This document shows positions 30,122 to 40,227 of a stretch of 64,000 bases of DNA, one piece after another. This stretch comes from a bacterium. GTDB taxonomy: Bacteria; UBA8248; JACPRG01; G963555815. Every line of letters starts with the position of its first letter. Within the stretch, counting starts at the first letter, position 1. The position numbers and the translations under genes were made by a program. Below the pieces are notes generated by a model. The model made no database searches, was not told the DNA's origin, and was given only the letters and a program-made list of their open reading frames with translations. The stretch covers positions 5,088,001 to 5,152,000 of the forward strand of contig OZ244653.1 of NCBI GenBank assembly GCA_965218795.1, written 5' to 3'.

Positions 30122-30811
30122 TCAATCTTCAAAGATTCCCGACCCGCCGCTGAGGACAATGTTGAATTCTCCTTCTAGCTGGTCGGCGCCGTGGGTGGGG
30201 GAGCCATTCAACGCGACGATGATGGAATGTCGGGCCTTCTCATCTCGAATTCGGCGCAGCAGCCAGTCCCTGTCATTTCGAGGTTCGCCTTTTACGTACA
30301 TTTGGGTCGTTAGACGCCGAGAACCCCTGGCATGAACGGCGCAATGAATGTGCGGAGTACGGCCGGGATACGGCACTGGCTTGATCGTCCGGAATCGGTA
30401 TCGGCCGTCGGCATCCGTCAATGTTTGTCCATACCCCTGGAAATTACGGTCTCTGGGTCCACGGTTTCTGTCCTCGGAGTGGATATACCGGCCAAAGGCG
30501 TCGCATTGCCAGATTTCGATTCGTGCTTGGCGAATGGGACGGCCGTCTGTGTCTCGAACCCGCCCGAGGATGTGAGTCACCTGCCCCTTCGCCAGGTCGG
30601 AACGCCCCTTGACGCTCAACAGGTCATTATCCCGATCCAGAGGAAGAAGATCAGGGTAAAAGGGACCTTCTGTCTGACGAGGAGTGGGGGTGAACGCGGG
30701 AGCGCTGACGGCATTTTTCGGCGGGAGTACAATTCGTCCCGCCATCGCCGCTCCGGTGAGCAGAAATCCTCTGCGGGAGAGGACTCGCGAGGGGTTGGCA
30801 TTTATCGCCAA
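30122..30811 (-). CDS. Tat-exported intradiol ring-cleavage dioxygenase-like protein
   Basis: SRRGFL Tat motif, EGPFYP, IEIWQCDAFGRY, PVPYPGRTPHIH. Confidence 0.9.
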   Translation of the reverse strand: MAINANPSRVLSRRGFLLTGAAMAGRIVLPPKNAVSAPAFTPTPRQTEGPFYPDLLPLDRDNDLLSVKGRSDLAKGQVTHILGRVRDTDGRPIRQARIEIWQCDAFGRYIHSEDRNRGPRDRNFQGYGQTLTDADGRYRFRTIKPVPYPGRTPHIHCAVHARGSRRLTTQMYVKGEPRNDRDWLLRRIRDEKARHSIIVALNGSPTHGADQLEGEFNIVLSGGSGIFED

Positions 30812-30854
30812 GCCGTCATCTCCTCGGATAGAGGGATTTTCGTTCTCGGTTCAT

Positions 30855-32555
30855 TCACCGCAATCTCGGGAGCTTGCTTCCGAGCCCTTTCCAATCAGGA
30901 TAAGCATCGTCGTGGGCGGCCTTTACGTCCAGAATGCACGGGCGACCCGAAGCCAGCGCCCTCTTGAAAGCCGGGACGACCTGCCGGGGGGATTCCGCAC
31001 GTAATCCCAGCCCGCCCATGGCTTCCGCCAGGGCGGCGAAATCCTGGACGGGCGTCTTGTCCTCGAACGTCCGTCCGAAACCTTCGAGCTGAAACTGATG
31101 CACCATGCCGAAGTGGGCGTCGTTCATCACGACCAGAACCACTCCCAAATCGTGGCGGACGAGAGTCGGGAAATCCGATAAGGACATCCACAGGCTTCCG
31201 TCACCTATGATTGCGGCGACGGGAAGCCCGGGATGGCAGTATTTGGCCGCCGCCGCTCCCGGCAGGGCAAATCCCATTCCGCTCCAGACGCCCGAATGCT
31301 GGAAGTAGTTTGCATGCGGCGAAGGCGTCAGTTTCCAGGCCCAGTAGCTGGCGTGGCACACGTCACAGACAAGAATTCCTTCCTCCGGCAGGGTTTTCAG
31401 AATCTCGTTGATCGCCCATCCCTGGTGGATACGCCCGCGAGGTCTGCGTGAGCCGACCCTTGCCTGATTCAGAAGATACCGAAGGACGGCTTGGCGGCCT
31501 TTGCCGACAACCTCTTCCGTCCATCGCGAGGCTCCTCCGCTCTTTATCTTGACCGACTCCAGGAGACTCGCAAGCCCTCGCCCGAGATGCCCGTTTTCCG
31601 AAATCCGGGCGTCCGCCAGCCGTTGCGCTTTCACGTCGGTCCCGATGAAGTATTTGACCGAGTCCTGCGAGACGGACACAATCTGATGCCAGAAGGCGCT
31701 CTCCGCGCGAAGGCCCGCGGCCAGCACCGCGTCCGCAGACCCGAGGACGGATTTTACCCAGGGATCCGTGCTCCAGAAGCAGAGGTACCCCGCGTACCAG
31801 GGGTTTCGTGAGGGCACGACACCCAGGGCATCCCGGGTCGCCACGACCGGCGCCCGCAGGGAATTCGCCAGAGCAGCCAGCTCATCTCCCGCGTCGTCGC
31901 GCAACACTCCCTTTCCCGCGACGATGACGGGGCGGCGGGACCGAAGAAGGCCGTGCGCAATGCTTTTCAGGTTCTCCGGATCCGGTCTTTGGGGTCGGAC
32001 CGGACGGGGAGAGTACGGGGGCAGGGGGCCACGGGGGAGCCTCAGGACGTCCAGGGGGGCCTCGATGGAGACGGGACCGGGCCTCCCCGAGCGCGCCTCA
32101 TGAAAAGCCCGCCGCAGAACGGTGCCGACGCTTTCCATCGAATCGATTCGGGCGCTCCACTTCGTCACGTCCCGAAAGGTCCGCATGAGAAAATCCGGAC
32201 GGTCGACGCCGTGGAAGACCTCCCGGGGCGCATTCCGTGGAACCGAACCGGAGATCTGAACGACCGGCGAGGTTGCGTCGTAAGCCTGAGCCAGAGCGGT
32301 CACCGTGTTCGTGGCGCCGGGGCCTCCCGTCACCAGACAAACGCCGGGCCTGCCCGTCAGGCGTCCATACATATCGGCCATTTGGGCGGCCGTCGCTTCA
32401 TGGAGAACCCCCACGTGCCGGATGGGAGATTCCCGGAGGGCGTCATAAATGGCGAAGACGTGCGTTCCTGGAAGGCCGAAGACCGTTTCTACCCCTTCGG
32501 CCTGCAGAGCCTTGATGATCGCCTGACCGACGTTGAGTCTTTGAAAAGGGGTCAT
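30855..32555 (-). CDS. Thiamine pyrophosphate-dependent enzyme (acetolactate synthase-like)
   Basis: VFGLPG, HE, GPGATN, MGFALPGA, GDGS...MND TPP motif; start MTPFQ at 32555. Confidence 0.9.
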   Translation of the reverse strand: MTPFQRLNVGQAIIKALQAEGVETVFGLPGTHVFAIYDALRESPIRHVGVLHEATAAQMADMYGRLTGRPGVCLVTGGPGATNTVTALAQAYDATSPVVQISGSVPRNAPREVFHGVDRPDFLMRTFRDVTKWSARIDSMESVGTVLRRAFHEARSGRPGPVSIEAPLDVLRLPRGPLPPYSPRPVRPQRPDPENLKSIAHGLLRSRRPVIVAGKGVLRDDAGDELAALANSLRAPVVATRDALGVVPSRNPWYAGYLCFWSTDPWVKSVLGSADAVLAAGLRAESAFWHQIVSVSQDSVKYFIGTDVKAQRLADARISENGHLGRGLASLLESVKIKSGGASRWTEEVVGKGRQAVLRYLLNQARVGSRRPRGRIHQGWAINEILKTLPEEGILVCDVCHASYWAWKLTPSPHANYFQHSGVWSGMGFALPGAAAAKYCHPGLPVAAIIGDGSLWMSLSDFPTLVRHDLGVVLVVMNDAHFGMVHQFQLEGFGRTFEDKTPVQDFAALAEAMGGLGLRAESPRQVVPAFKRALASGRPCILDVKAAHDDAYPDWKGLGSKLPRLR

Positions 32556-32593
32556 TTGGAATCCCGGAATGCGTTGTGTTCTTGGGTCAATCG

Positions 32594-33562
32594 CTATGGG
32601 AGCTTGGGGAAGATTTTTCTGGCGTTCTGATGAAATACGCCTTCCTTGACATCCCGGGCCCAATCCATATTTTCGAGAAGCTGGATGGGCGGGGTCATGG
32701 ATTTGTAGAAGGGGTAGTCCGTTCCGAAAAGAAATCGCCCGCTGCCCACCACCTCTTCCGCACAGCGGAGGCTGGCCGGCTGGAAGCCCAGACAATCGTA
32801 AAAGAGGCGCTCCAGGTAGTAGGACGGGGGGTGGGGGAGGGCATCGTACGGTCCGCCTCGCGCCTGGGAAGCCTCCCACCGGCCCGCCAGATAAGGGACC
32901 GTCGCCCCCATATGCGGTATGACCCAGGGAAAATCCGGAAACCGCTCCAGGACCCCTTTGAACAACAGGCGCGCCACGGCGGCTGTCGTGTCAAACATGA
33001 ACCCGACAGCCGAGATGAGGAAGAAATCCCCGAGCATTTCGGCCCCCTCCGGGACCATGGGATGGATGAGAACCGGAAGACGAAGCCGGTTCAACTCCTC
33101 GTAAACCGGCCAAAACGCTTCATCATCGAGTGAGCGGCCCGCCACGTTAGCACCCACCGTCATCCCCCACATGTCCAGGTCCTCGACGCACCGGCGAAGC
33201 TCAGCAAGCGACGCGTCGGGTCCGCCCGTCAGAGGAAGGCAGCAGAGCCCGCCAAAGCGGTCCGAGTGTTGATGGCAGGCCTCGGCAATGGCGTCGTTGG
33301 AGATTCGGGCCATCGCGGTCGCCGCTTCGGCGTCATTGAAATAAACCATCGGACCCACCATCGAGAGGATCTGACAGTCCACCCCTTCTTCGTCCATCTT
33401 CTCGAGACGCCCCTCCAGCGACCACATCGTGGGATCCGGGAGCAGCCGGGTCTGCATGTGCCTCCGCCAGAAAGGATCACGCTCCGGGCGGGCCGTGGCG
33501 AATTCAACCGCCCGTTCAAGATACTCACGCGAAAAGAAGTGCCCGTGCACGTCCACTCTCAT
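32594..33562 (-). CDS. Amidohydrolase-2 family (ACMSD-like decarboxylase/hydratase)
   Basis: DVHGH, LIHP, PHMG, FGTDYPF. Confidence 0.9.
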   Translation of the reverse strand: MRVDVHGHFFSREYLERAVEFATARPERDPFWRRHMQTRLLPDPTMWSLEGRLEKMDEEGVDCQILSMVGPMVYFNDAEAATAMARISNDAIAEACHQHSDRFGGLCCLPLTGGPDASLAELRRCVEDLDMWGMTVGANVAGRSLDDEAFWPVYEELNRLRLPVLIHPMVPEGAEMLGDFFLISAVGFMFDTTAAVARLLFKGVLERFPDFPWVIPHMGATVPYLAGRWEASQARGGPYDALPHPPSYYLERLFYDCLGFQPASLRCAEEVVGSGRFLFGTDYPFYKSMTPPIQLLENMDWARDVKEGVFHQNARKIFPKLP

Positions 33563-34590
33563 GGGTGGGAACTCTCTTGATCGGGAAATTCCGGAATCAC
33601 CTCGTCGGCAAACAACCGGAGCGACCGCGCGACCTTCTCCGGGTCCGTACCCGGAAATTGCATCCGGACGACGAGATGCGTATGCCCCAGGACCTCCTTC
33701 TGTTCCTGAATTCTCTTGACCACGGTATCTGGCGAGCCGATGAGAAAGCGGTTTTTCAGATGGTCGAGCGAGCGCTCCGCGGGCGGGATTTCATGTCCGT
33801 CGTCATCCGTCAGATGCCCCCACTTCATGTACTCTCCATAGAGGTACAGTACGCCGTCCCGCGCCGCGGCCCACGCTTCTTCGTCGGTATCAGCCACCAA
33901 GGCTTCCCTGCGGAGGATGATGTCAGGTTCGATACGCTCTTTACCGGCTTCCGACCAGGCGGCCCGGAAGACGGGCGCCCGTTTCGCGATGACGCCGAAC
34001 GCCGTGACCGGGTCGATATACCAGCCATCAGAGAGACGCGCCGCCCGACGGATGGCTTTGGGCGCCTTGGCCGCGGTCCAAAAGGGGGGTCTCGGCTGCT
34101 GGACCGGCCGGGGCATCAGCGTCACCTCCCGCATCGGGAAAAAATCTCCGTCGAAGTGGATCTTCCGTTCGCTGAGCAGCAGGTGAAGGAGTTTCAGGGA
34201 TTCCTCCATGCGGCCCCCGCGTTCCTTGATAGGGACGTGGAACACCGCAAACTCTTCCGGCCGGTAGCCCAACCCGAACCCCAGCGTCAGGCGGCCGCCC
34301 GACAGGTTGTCCACCACTGCGGCCGCTTCCGCGACGGCCATGGGTTGATAGAGCGGGAGGAGCAGGATGCCCGTGGCCAGTCGAATGCGGGTGGTCCTGG
34401 CGGCGAATGCGGCGAGCACGGTCAGCGGGGCCGGAAAGTACCCGTTGTCTTCGACGAGATGGTGTTCACTGACGAGGGCGTAATGAAAACCGACTTCGTC
34501 CGCCAGCTCGACCTGGTCCAGAATCGTACGGCAGATCTGCGTCCACTCACCGGTGAGAGACTGGATGCTGTACGTGATCCCGAACTGCAT
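33559..34590 (-). CDS. LLM-class flavin-dependent oxidoreductase
   Basis: SEHH, TTRIRLATG, LSGGRLTLGFGLGYRPEEF, PRPVQQP. Confidence 0.92.
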   Translation of the reverse strand: MQFGITYSIQSLTGEWTQICRTILDQVELADEVGFHYALVSEHHLVEDNGYFPAPLTVLAAFAARTTRIRLATGILLLPLYQPMAVAEAAAVVDNLSGGRLTLGFGLGYRPEEFAVFHVPIKERGGRMEESLKLLHLLLSERKIHFDGDFFPMREVTLMPRPVQQPRPPFWTAAKAPKAIRRAARLSDGWYIDPVTAFGVIAKRAPVFRAAWSEAGKERIEPDIILRREALVADTDEEAWAAARDGVLYLYGEYMKWGHLTDDDGHEIPPAERSLDHLKNRFLIGSPDTVVKRIQEQKEVLGHTHLVVRMQFPGTDPEKVARSLRLFADEVIPEFPDQESSHP

Positions 34591-34614
34591 GATTGCGCCT
34601 CCCTCGGTGGCCGG

Positions 34615-35550
34615 TCAGGATGAGGAGGGTGGCGGGGCCAGCTCAGTCCGCTTCCCCGCCTTGAGAACGTGACTCGGAAGGTCGTGGTTCACGAGCCCGC
34701 TCGCAAAACGGGCGCATTCCAAAAGCCTCTCGAGGTCGATGCCCGTCCGCACGCCCATCTCCTCCAGCATGTAGACCAGATCTTCCGTTGCGATATTCCC
34801 CGTCGCTCCCGGCGCATAGGGGCAGCCGCCGAGACCGCCGACGGAGGAATCGTAATGCCGGACCCCCGCCTCCAGACCCGCCAGGACATTCGCGAGGCCG
34901 GTCCCCCGGGTGTCGTGGAAGTGAAGGGTCAGCGCGACGTCGGGGAACTCCCTCGGAATGGCCCGGACCATCCGGCCCACCCGGACCGGGTTGCCCATGC
35001 CGGTCGTGTCTCCCAGCAGAATCTCCCGGATCCCCAGTTCGTAGTAACCGCGGATGACCCGAAAGACTTGATCGATGAGCACCTCGCCTTCGTAAGGACA
35101 ACCAAAGGCCACGGCCACGGACCCTTTGAGCGAAACCCCGGCCGCGGTCGCAACGTCGACGACGCCCTGGATTTGATGGAGCGAGTCCGCGATGGACATG
35201 CGGACGTTGGATTGGTTGTGCGTTTCCGTGGCCGAAATGAAAATGCCGATCTTGTCGACCCCCGCCTGCACGGCCCGCTCGGCCCCCTTCGCATTGGGGA
35301 CGATACACTCGTACCGAACCCCCGTGACGCGATCCAGACCGGCCATCACCTGCTCCGCGTCGCGCAGTTGAGGGATGGCCTTTGGATGGACGAAAGAGGT
35401 CGCCTCGATTCGCTGGAAGCCGCAACGCGACAACCGGTCGATCAACCGAACCTTGTCTTCCGTCTCGACCCATCCGTCTTCGGCTTGGAGCCCGTCGCGG
35501 GGACCGACCTCTCGGACGAATACCTCCGCGGGCAGGGTGACGTTCGCCGT
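34615..35550 (-). CDS. Hydroxymethylglutaryl-CoA lyase family; apparent ACG start
   Basis: EVGPRDGLQ (upstream of the ORF-track start), FGCPYEG, DTTG, HFHDT, GGCPYAPGATGN. Confidence 0.9.
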   Translation of the reverse strand, partial: TANVTLPAEVFVREVGPRDGLQAEDGWVETEDKVRLIDRLSRCGFQRIEATSFVHPKAIPQLRDAEQVMAGLDRVTGVRYECIVPNAKGAERAVQAGVDKIGIFISATETHNQSNVRMSIADSLHQIQGVVDVATAAGVSLKGSVAVAFGCPYEGEVLIDQVFRVIRGYYELGIREILLGDTTGMGNPVRVGRMVRAIPREFPDVALTLHFHDTRGTGLANVLAGLEAGVRHYDSSVGGLGGCPYAPGATGNIATEDLVYMLEEMGVRTGIDLERLLECARFASGLVNHDLPSHVLKAGKRTELAPPPSSS

Positions 35551-35617
35551 GTCCTGTCTCCTTCCGTTCGGAATGTTGATGAAACCAAGGTTGGTTTACC
35601 CTTTGTCGGCTTGGGGT

Positions 35618-36394
35618 TCACTGACCTCGGAAGCTCGGCTTCCGCTTCTCCGCGAAGGCCCGCAGGCCCTCGTTCCGGTCTTCCGTGGCGAGGGTCACGT
35701 TATACCCGTCACGCTCGAGTTTCAAACCGCTTTCCAGATCGATGTCCATCCCGGTATCGATGGCCCGCTTCGCCTCCCGAAGGGAAATGGGCGCGTTGGC
35801 CGCAATCGCCCGAATGGTTGTTTCCACTTCTTCATCCAACCGATCGGCCGGGACGCTCTTGAGCGCAAGGCCCATGCGCTCGGCTTCCGCCGCATCGATC
35901 CGCCGGGCCGTGAAGATCATCTCCTTCGCCCTGGCGCGTCCGACGGTCCGCGGAAGAAGCTGGGTCCCCCCTCCGCCCGGAATAATCCCAAGCGCGGTTT
36001 CCGTCAAGCCGAAGACAGCGCTATCGGCGGCGATGATAAAGTCGCAGTTCAGAGCGAATTCCATTCCCCCGCCCAGGGCATACCCCCGCACGGCCGCGAT
36101 AATCGGCTTCGGAAAGAAGGTGACAAGAGCGTGCGCCTCCTCCAGCATCGACCGGAGGGCCCGGACCTTCTCCATCGGCAGGGTTTTTCGCTCTTTCAGG
36201 TCGGCGCCCGCGCAGAAGGCCCGATCGCCTGCGCTCCGTAAAACGGCCGCCCATACCCCTTCCTCCCCCGGCAGCCTTCGGAAGACATCGATGATCTCCT
36301 CCACCATGTCCCAGTTGTAAGCGTTCAGGACCTCGGGCCGGTTGAGCGTGACGTAGGCAACATGCTCTCGCGTCTCGACTTCCACGTGACTCAT
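35618..36394 (-). CDS. Enoyl-CoA hydratase (methylglutaconyl-CoA hydratase-like)
   Basis: LNRPEVLNA, AFCAGADLKE, GGGMEFAL, ETALGIIPGGGGTQ. Confidence 0.93.
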   Translation of the reverse strand: MSHVEVETREHVAYVTLNRPEVLNAYNWDMVEEIIDVFRRLPGEEGVWAAVLRSAGDRAFCAGADLKERKTLPMEKVRALRSMLEEAHALVTFFPKPIIAAVRGYALGGGMEFALNCDFIIAADSAVFGLTETALGIIPGGGGTQLLPRTVGRARAKEMIFTARRIDAAEAERMGLALKSVPADRLDEEVETTIRAIAANAPISLREAKRAIDTGMDIDLESGLKLERDGYNVTLATEDRNEGLRAFAEKRKPSFRGQ

Positions 36395-37806
36395 CGTCGG
36401 GGCGCCATCGTTCCCCGGTTCCCTCTTTTTGAGAACCGTCTCAGGTATCGGCCGCGGTGATCGGTTTCCGTGAGCCTTCCGTTCTCCTGGATCACCTCGC
36501 CGCCTGCAATCGTGATGACCGGCCAGCCGCGGCTGACGAATCCTTCGTAGGGCGTGTAATCGGCATGGGAATTCAGCATCTCCGTCGAGACCCGAACCCT
36601 TCTTTTGAGGTCAAGCACCATCAGGTCGGCATCAGAGCCCTGCCGAATGATTCCCTTCCGCGGGTACAGTCCGTAGGTCCGCGCGGTGTTGCAGGAGGTC
36701 ACCTCCGCCATCCGGGGAAGCGAGAGGCGGCCTTTGGCGACCCCTTCGGTGAGCAGGATGGGAACGGTCATTCCGACGCCCGGCAGGCCGGGCCGTGCGG
36801 TCCAGAGGTCATGGCCCTTCACTTCCATTTTGAAGCTGCAGTGGTCCGAACCCAAAAAGTCGACGGAACCCGAGGCAAGGCCTTTCCATAATTCCCGGAT
36901 GTCCCGCTGCTCCCGGAGAGGCGGATTGACCTTTCCGTCTGATCCGGCCAATCGGTCCTTGGTGAGATAGAGGTAGTGACCGCACGTCTCCACGGCAACG
37001 CCTCCCGCCTTGAGAAGCCGGGACCGCCGGTGGTGCTCGACGATGGGGACGCCCGATCCAATGCTCATGTGTGGGATGGTGATCGAAACTCCCAAGTGCT
37101 CGGAAAAGAGAAGGACGCGCTGGATCCCGTCCTCCTCGGCCAGCCGGGGCCGCGAGTCGTGCCAAGCCTCTCCGTCGGTGCGGCCGGCGGCCTCCAGTTC
37201 CTCCCGGACGACTTCGATCACTTCCATGTTCTCGGGATGGATCACCACGCGCGCGCCCGGGATGCGAGCCACCTCGCGCAGTCCGCGATACAGAAATCCA
37301 TCCCCGACCCCCTGGAGGTAGGTGGCGTCCTTTCCCTTGTAGGCCATGAAGAACTTGAAAGAGGAAATGTCGAATTCCTTCGCGCAGGCGGGGATTTCGG
37401 AAAGGTGCTCCTCGCTCATGATGACGGCGTGGATGCCGATGTCGATCCGGGAATTGTCTTCAATCTCACGGATGCGTTGGGGAATGATGACGCGATTGGA
37501 GCCCGGCTCAATGAGAAAAACGATCAGGGACGTGACTCCGCCCGTCGCGGCGGCCCCGGATTCGGTGCGGCAATCGTCCGCGAAGGACTGCCCGTAACGC
37601 CCCATGTGGACGTGGGCGTCGATCATCCCCGGCAGGATGAGTTTTCCCCGGCAGTCGATTCGGCGCCGGGCCTTCAGGTGGGAGGAATCGGCCAGCAGCG
37701 CGGCGATTCGGCCGTTCCGGATGGCCACGTCTTCCCGGTACACACCGTCGGGACGGACGGTCTGCCCCCGGGTCAGAACGAGGTCGTAGGTCACGGGCCG
37801 GGTCAT
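36391..37806 (-). CDS. Cyclic amidohydrolase (dihydropyrimidinase/allantoinase family)
   Basis: PGMIDAHVH, SFKFF, HPEN, KVNPPLR, GSDH, GSDAD. Confidence 0.9.
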   Translation of the reverse strand: MTRPVTYDLVLTRGQTVRPDGVYREDVAIRNGRIAALLADSSHLKARRRIDCRGKLILPGMIDAHVHMGRYGQSFADDCRTESGAAATGGVTSLIVFLIEPGSNRVIIPQRIREIEDNSRIDIGIHAVIMSEEHLSEIPACAKEFDISSFKFFMAYKGKDATYLQGVGDGFLYRGLREVARIPGARVVIHPENMEVIEVVREELEAAGRTDGEAWHDSRPRLAEEDGIQRVLLFSEHLGVSITIPHMSIGSGVPIVEHHRRSRLLKAGGVAVETCGHYLYLTKDRLAGSDGKVNPPLREQRDIRELWKGLASGSVDFLGSDHCSFKMEVKGHDLWTARPGLPGVGMTVPILLTEGVAKGRLSLPRMAEVTSCNTARTYGLYPRKGIIRQGSDADLMVLDLKRRVRVSTEMLNSHADYTPYEGFVSRGWPVITIAGGEVIQENGRLTETDHRGRYLRRFSKRGNRGTMAPRR

Positions 37807-39002
37807 ATCACTCCCTCCCGCCGCAAGGTATCGACCTCCTCGGCCGAACGGCCGAGCAGACCCGTGAGGATCTCGGCGGTATGCTCCCCCAGTTCCGGGG
37901 GGGCCGATCGGATCCGGCTCGGGGTCTCGGAAATCTTATAAGGCCAGTCAATGGCGCGGATCGTGCCGATGGCAGGGTGGGGGATCTCCTTCACCATCTC
38001 CCGGGCGATGACCTGCGGATGGGAAAAGACCTGGTCGAGCGTCTGGACCGGCGCGCAGGGGACGCCCTCCTGTTCCAGCCTCTCCAGCCATTCCGCGGCG
38101 GGCCGCTTCAGGAGATGCTCCACGAGCATCGGCTCAAGGACCTTCCGGTGATCCACCCGCTTGCGCGTGCTGTTGAAGCGCTCGTCGGCGATGAGATCCT
38201 TGCGCTCGATGGCACGGCAGAACCCCGGCCAGTGGGCGTCGCTTGCAATGATCATGATGTAGCCGCCGTCCTTCGTCAGGTACCCGGAAGAGGGGACCCG
38301 CTGCGGGTCTCCGCTGCCCCAGCGTTTCGGGAGTTTTTCCTCATGGAGATACTCAAAGGCCTTCACGGCCAGAAAAGCGATCTGACTGTCCAGCATGGAG
38401 ACATCGATATGCTGGCCCTTCGGCCCGTCCTTCGAAGTCCGTTCCCGGTGGAGCAGAGCGCCGGCAATGGAGAAGGCCGCGAACATCGCCCCCGCCAGAT
38501 CCGCTGTGGCGACTCCCACGCGGACAGGGTGGCGGTCCGGCTCTCCGGTGAGGCTCATGATCCCCGACATCGCCTGGAGAATCGGATCATAGCCCCGCCG
38601 CCGGCCCAAAGGGCCCGTCTGACCGAAGGCGGAGACGGAACAGTATACGAGGTCGGGATTGATCTTCGATACCGTTGGAAAATCAATCCCGAGGCGTTCT
38701 GTGACCCCCGGCGTAAAGTTCTCCAGCAGGACGTCGGAATGTTGGATGATCTCCCGGGCGATCTCCTTGCCGCGCGGCTCCTTCAGGTTGATCGTCACCG
38801 AGCGTTTGCTCCGGTTGAAGCTCATGAAGTATCCGCTCTTTTCCTTGTAGAAAGGCGGCCAGAGCCGGGTTTCGTCCCCGTGGCCGGGGGCTTCGATCTT
38901 GATGACGTCCGCGCCGAGCTCGGCCAGCATCATGGAGCAGTACGGCCCGGCCCAAACGCGGGAAAAATCCGCAACGCGTATGCCTTCAAGTAGATCTGTA
39001 AT
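37803..39002 (-). CDS. CaiB/BaiF family III CoA-transferase; apparent ATT start
   Basis: LEGIRVADFSRVWAGPY lies upstream of the first ATG; NRSKRS, ENFTPG, FGQTGP, PELGEHT. Confidence 0.88.
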   Translation of the reverse strand: MTDLLEGIRVADFSRVWAGPYCSMMLAELGADVIKIEAPGHGDETRLWPPFYKEKSGYFMSFNRSKRSVTINLKEPRGKEIAREIIQHSDVLLENFTPGVTERLGIDFPTVSKINPDLVYCSVSAFGQTGPLGRRRGYDPILQAMSGIMSLTGEPDRHPVRVGVATADLAGAMFAAFSIAGALLHRERTSKDGPKGQHIDVSMLDSQIAFLAVKAFEYLHEEKLPKRWGSGDPQRVPSSGYLTKDGGYIMIIASDAHWPGFCRAIERKDLIADERFNSTRKRVDHRKVLEPMLVEHLLKRPAAEWLERLEQEGVPCAPVQTLDQVFSHPQVIAREMVKEIPHPAIGTIRAIDWPYKISETPSRIRSAPPELGEHTAEILTGLLGRSAEEVDTLRREGVI

Positions 39003-39059
39003 GGCTCGTTCTCGGTGCGGGGCCGGCCTTCAGGGTCTCCGATGGAGTCCATCCATCCA

Positions 39060-40220
39060 TCAGCTGTTCGCCCAGGTGGCGCGGCCCTTTAACACTTCGT
39101 ATGCGATCATGTTGCGGTGAAGCTGCGGCGGACCGCTTCCCAGGACGATCCCCCGGGCGTCCCGGACGAACCGCTCCACCGGAAACTCCTTGTTGTAACC
39201 CCAGCCGCCGTGCATCTGAAGCGCCCAGTCCGTCACCTTCAAGGCCACCTCGTTGGCGAAGAGCTTTGCGCTGGAGGACTCAAACCGGGAGGGGAACCCC
39301 GCCGCACCGTTCATGGCGGCGCGGTAGGCGAGGAGCCGGGCGGCCTCAATCTGGGCCGCCATGTCGGAGATCATCCAGCGGATGCCCTGAAAGTCGGATA
39401 CCGGGTGACCGTAAGGTTCGCGGACCTGGACGTATTCCACAGCGGCGTCAAAGGCCCCCTGGGCAATCCCCACCGAGATGGCGGCGTTCAGACAGCGTTG
39501 TCCGTTGAAGGCCGACATGATCTTGCGGAACCCGCCCTCCGGGACGAGGATGTGCTCTTCGCCGATCGGGCAGTCATCGAAGATCACCTCCCGCGAAGGA
39601 CAGCCCCGGAAGCCCATCATTTCCTCGGGTTTCCCGAAGGATAGCCCCGGCGTCCCTTCGTCCACCAAGACGCAGCCGATGCCGTCAAGCTCCGGCGTCC
39701 CGTTGAACCGGCTGAACACCATGTAGACCCCGCATTCGCCCGCCCGGCTGGTCATGGCCTTCCGGCCTTTGAGCTTTAATCCGCCGGGGGTTTCCGTCAC
39801 ATTGGTGGTAATGCGCGTTGTGGCGGAACCGGCGTCCGGCTCGGTGATCGAAATCCCGGTCAGTATCTCTCCCTTCGCGATGCGCGGCAGATACTTCTCC
39901 TGTTGGGCCTCGGTCCCGTAATGATTCAAGAGCTGGGTGCAGATTCCGAGCTCCGCCATGAGGACCATGGCCGTGCTGGGGCAGACGCGGGCGACCTCTT
40001 CGCAGACGAGGACGGCCTCGAAACCGCCCTGTCCCATGCCGCCGTATTTTTCCGGAACCGTCAGCCCCATGATCCCAAGTTCCGCCGCTCGGCGGACCGT
40101 GTCCCATGGGATTTCAAGACGCTCGGACGTTTCAATCGCCTTGGGCTTGAGCTCCTTTTCGGCGAACTCGGCGATTGTTTTTCTCAGCAGACGGTGAGGT
40201 TCGTCCAGGCTGAAGTCCAT
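39060..40220 (-). CDS. Acyl-CoA dehydrogenase family protein
   Basis: VPEKYGG, ITEPDAGS, QMHGGWGY, ERFVRDAR. Confidence 0.93.
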   Translation of the reverse strand: MDFSLDEPHRLLRKTIAEFAEKELKPKAIETSERLEIPWDTVRRAAELGIMGLTVPEKYGGMGQGGFEAVLVCEEVARVCPSTAMVLMAELGICTQLLNHYGTEAQQEKYLPRIAKGEILTGISITEPDAGSATTRITTNVTETPGGLKLKGRKAMTSRAGECGVYMVFSRFNGTPELDGIGCVLVDEGTPGLSFGKPEEMMGFRGCPSREVIFDDCPIGEEHILVPEGGFRKIMSAFNGQRCLNAAISVGIAQGAFDAAVEYVQVREPYGHPVSDFQGIRWMISDMAAQIEAARLLAYRAAMNGAAGFPSRFESSSAKLFANEVALKVTDWALQMHGGWGYNKEFPVERFVRDARGIVLGSGPPQLHRNMIAYEVLKGRATWANS

Positions 40221-40227
40221 GGCATTC

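Noticed and set aside
39027-39056. In-frame TGA upstream of the CoA-transferase as selenocysteine
   Set aside because: It lies outside the conserved domain at no Cys-equivalent position, and no convincing SECIS was seen.
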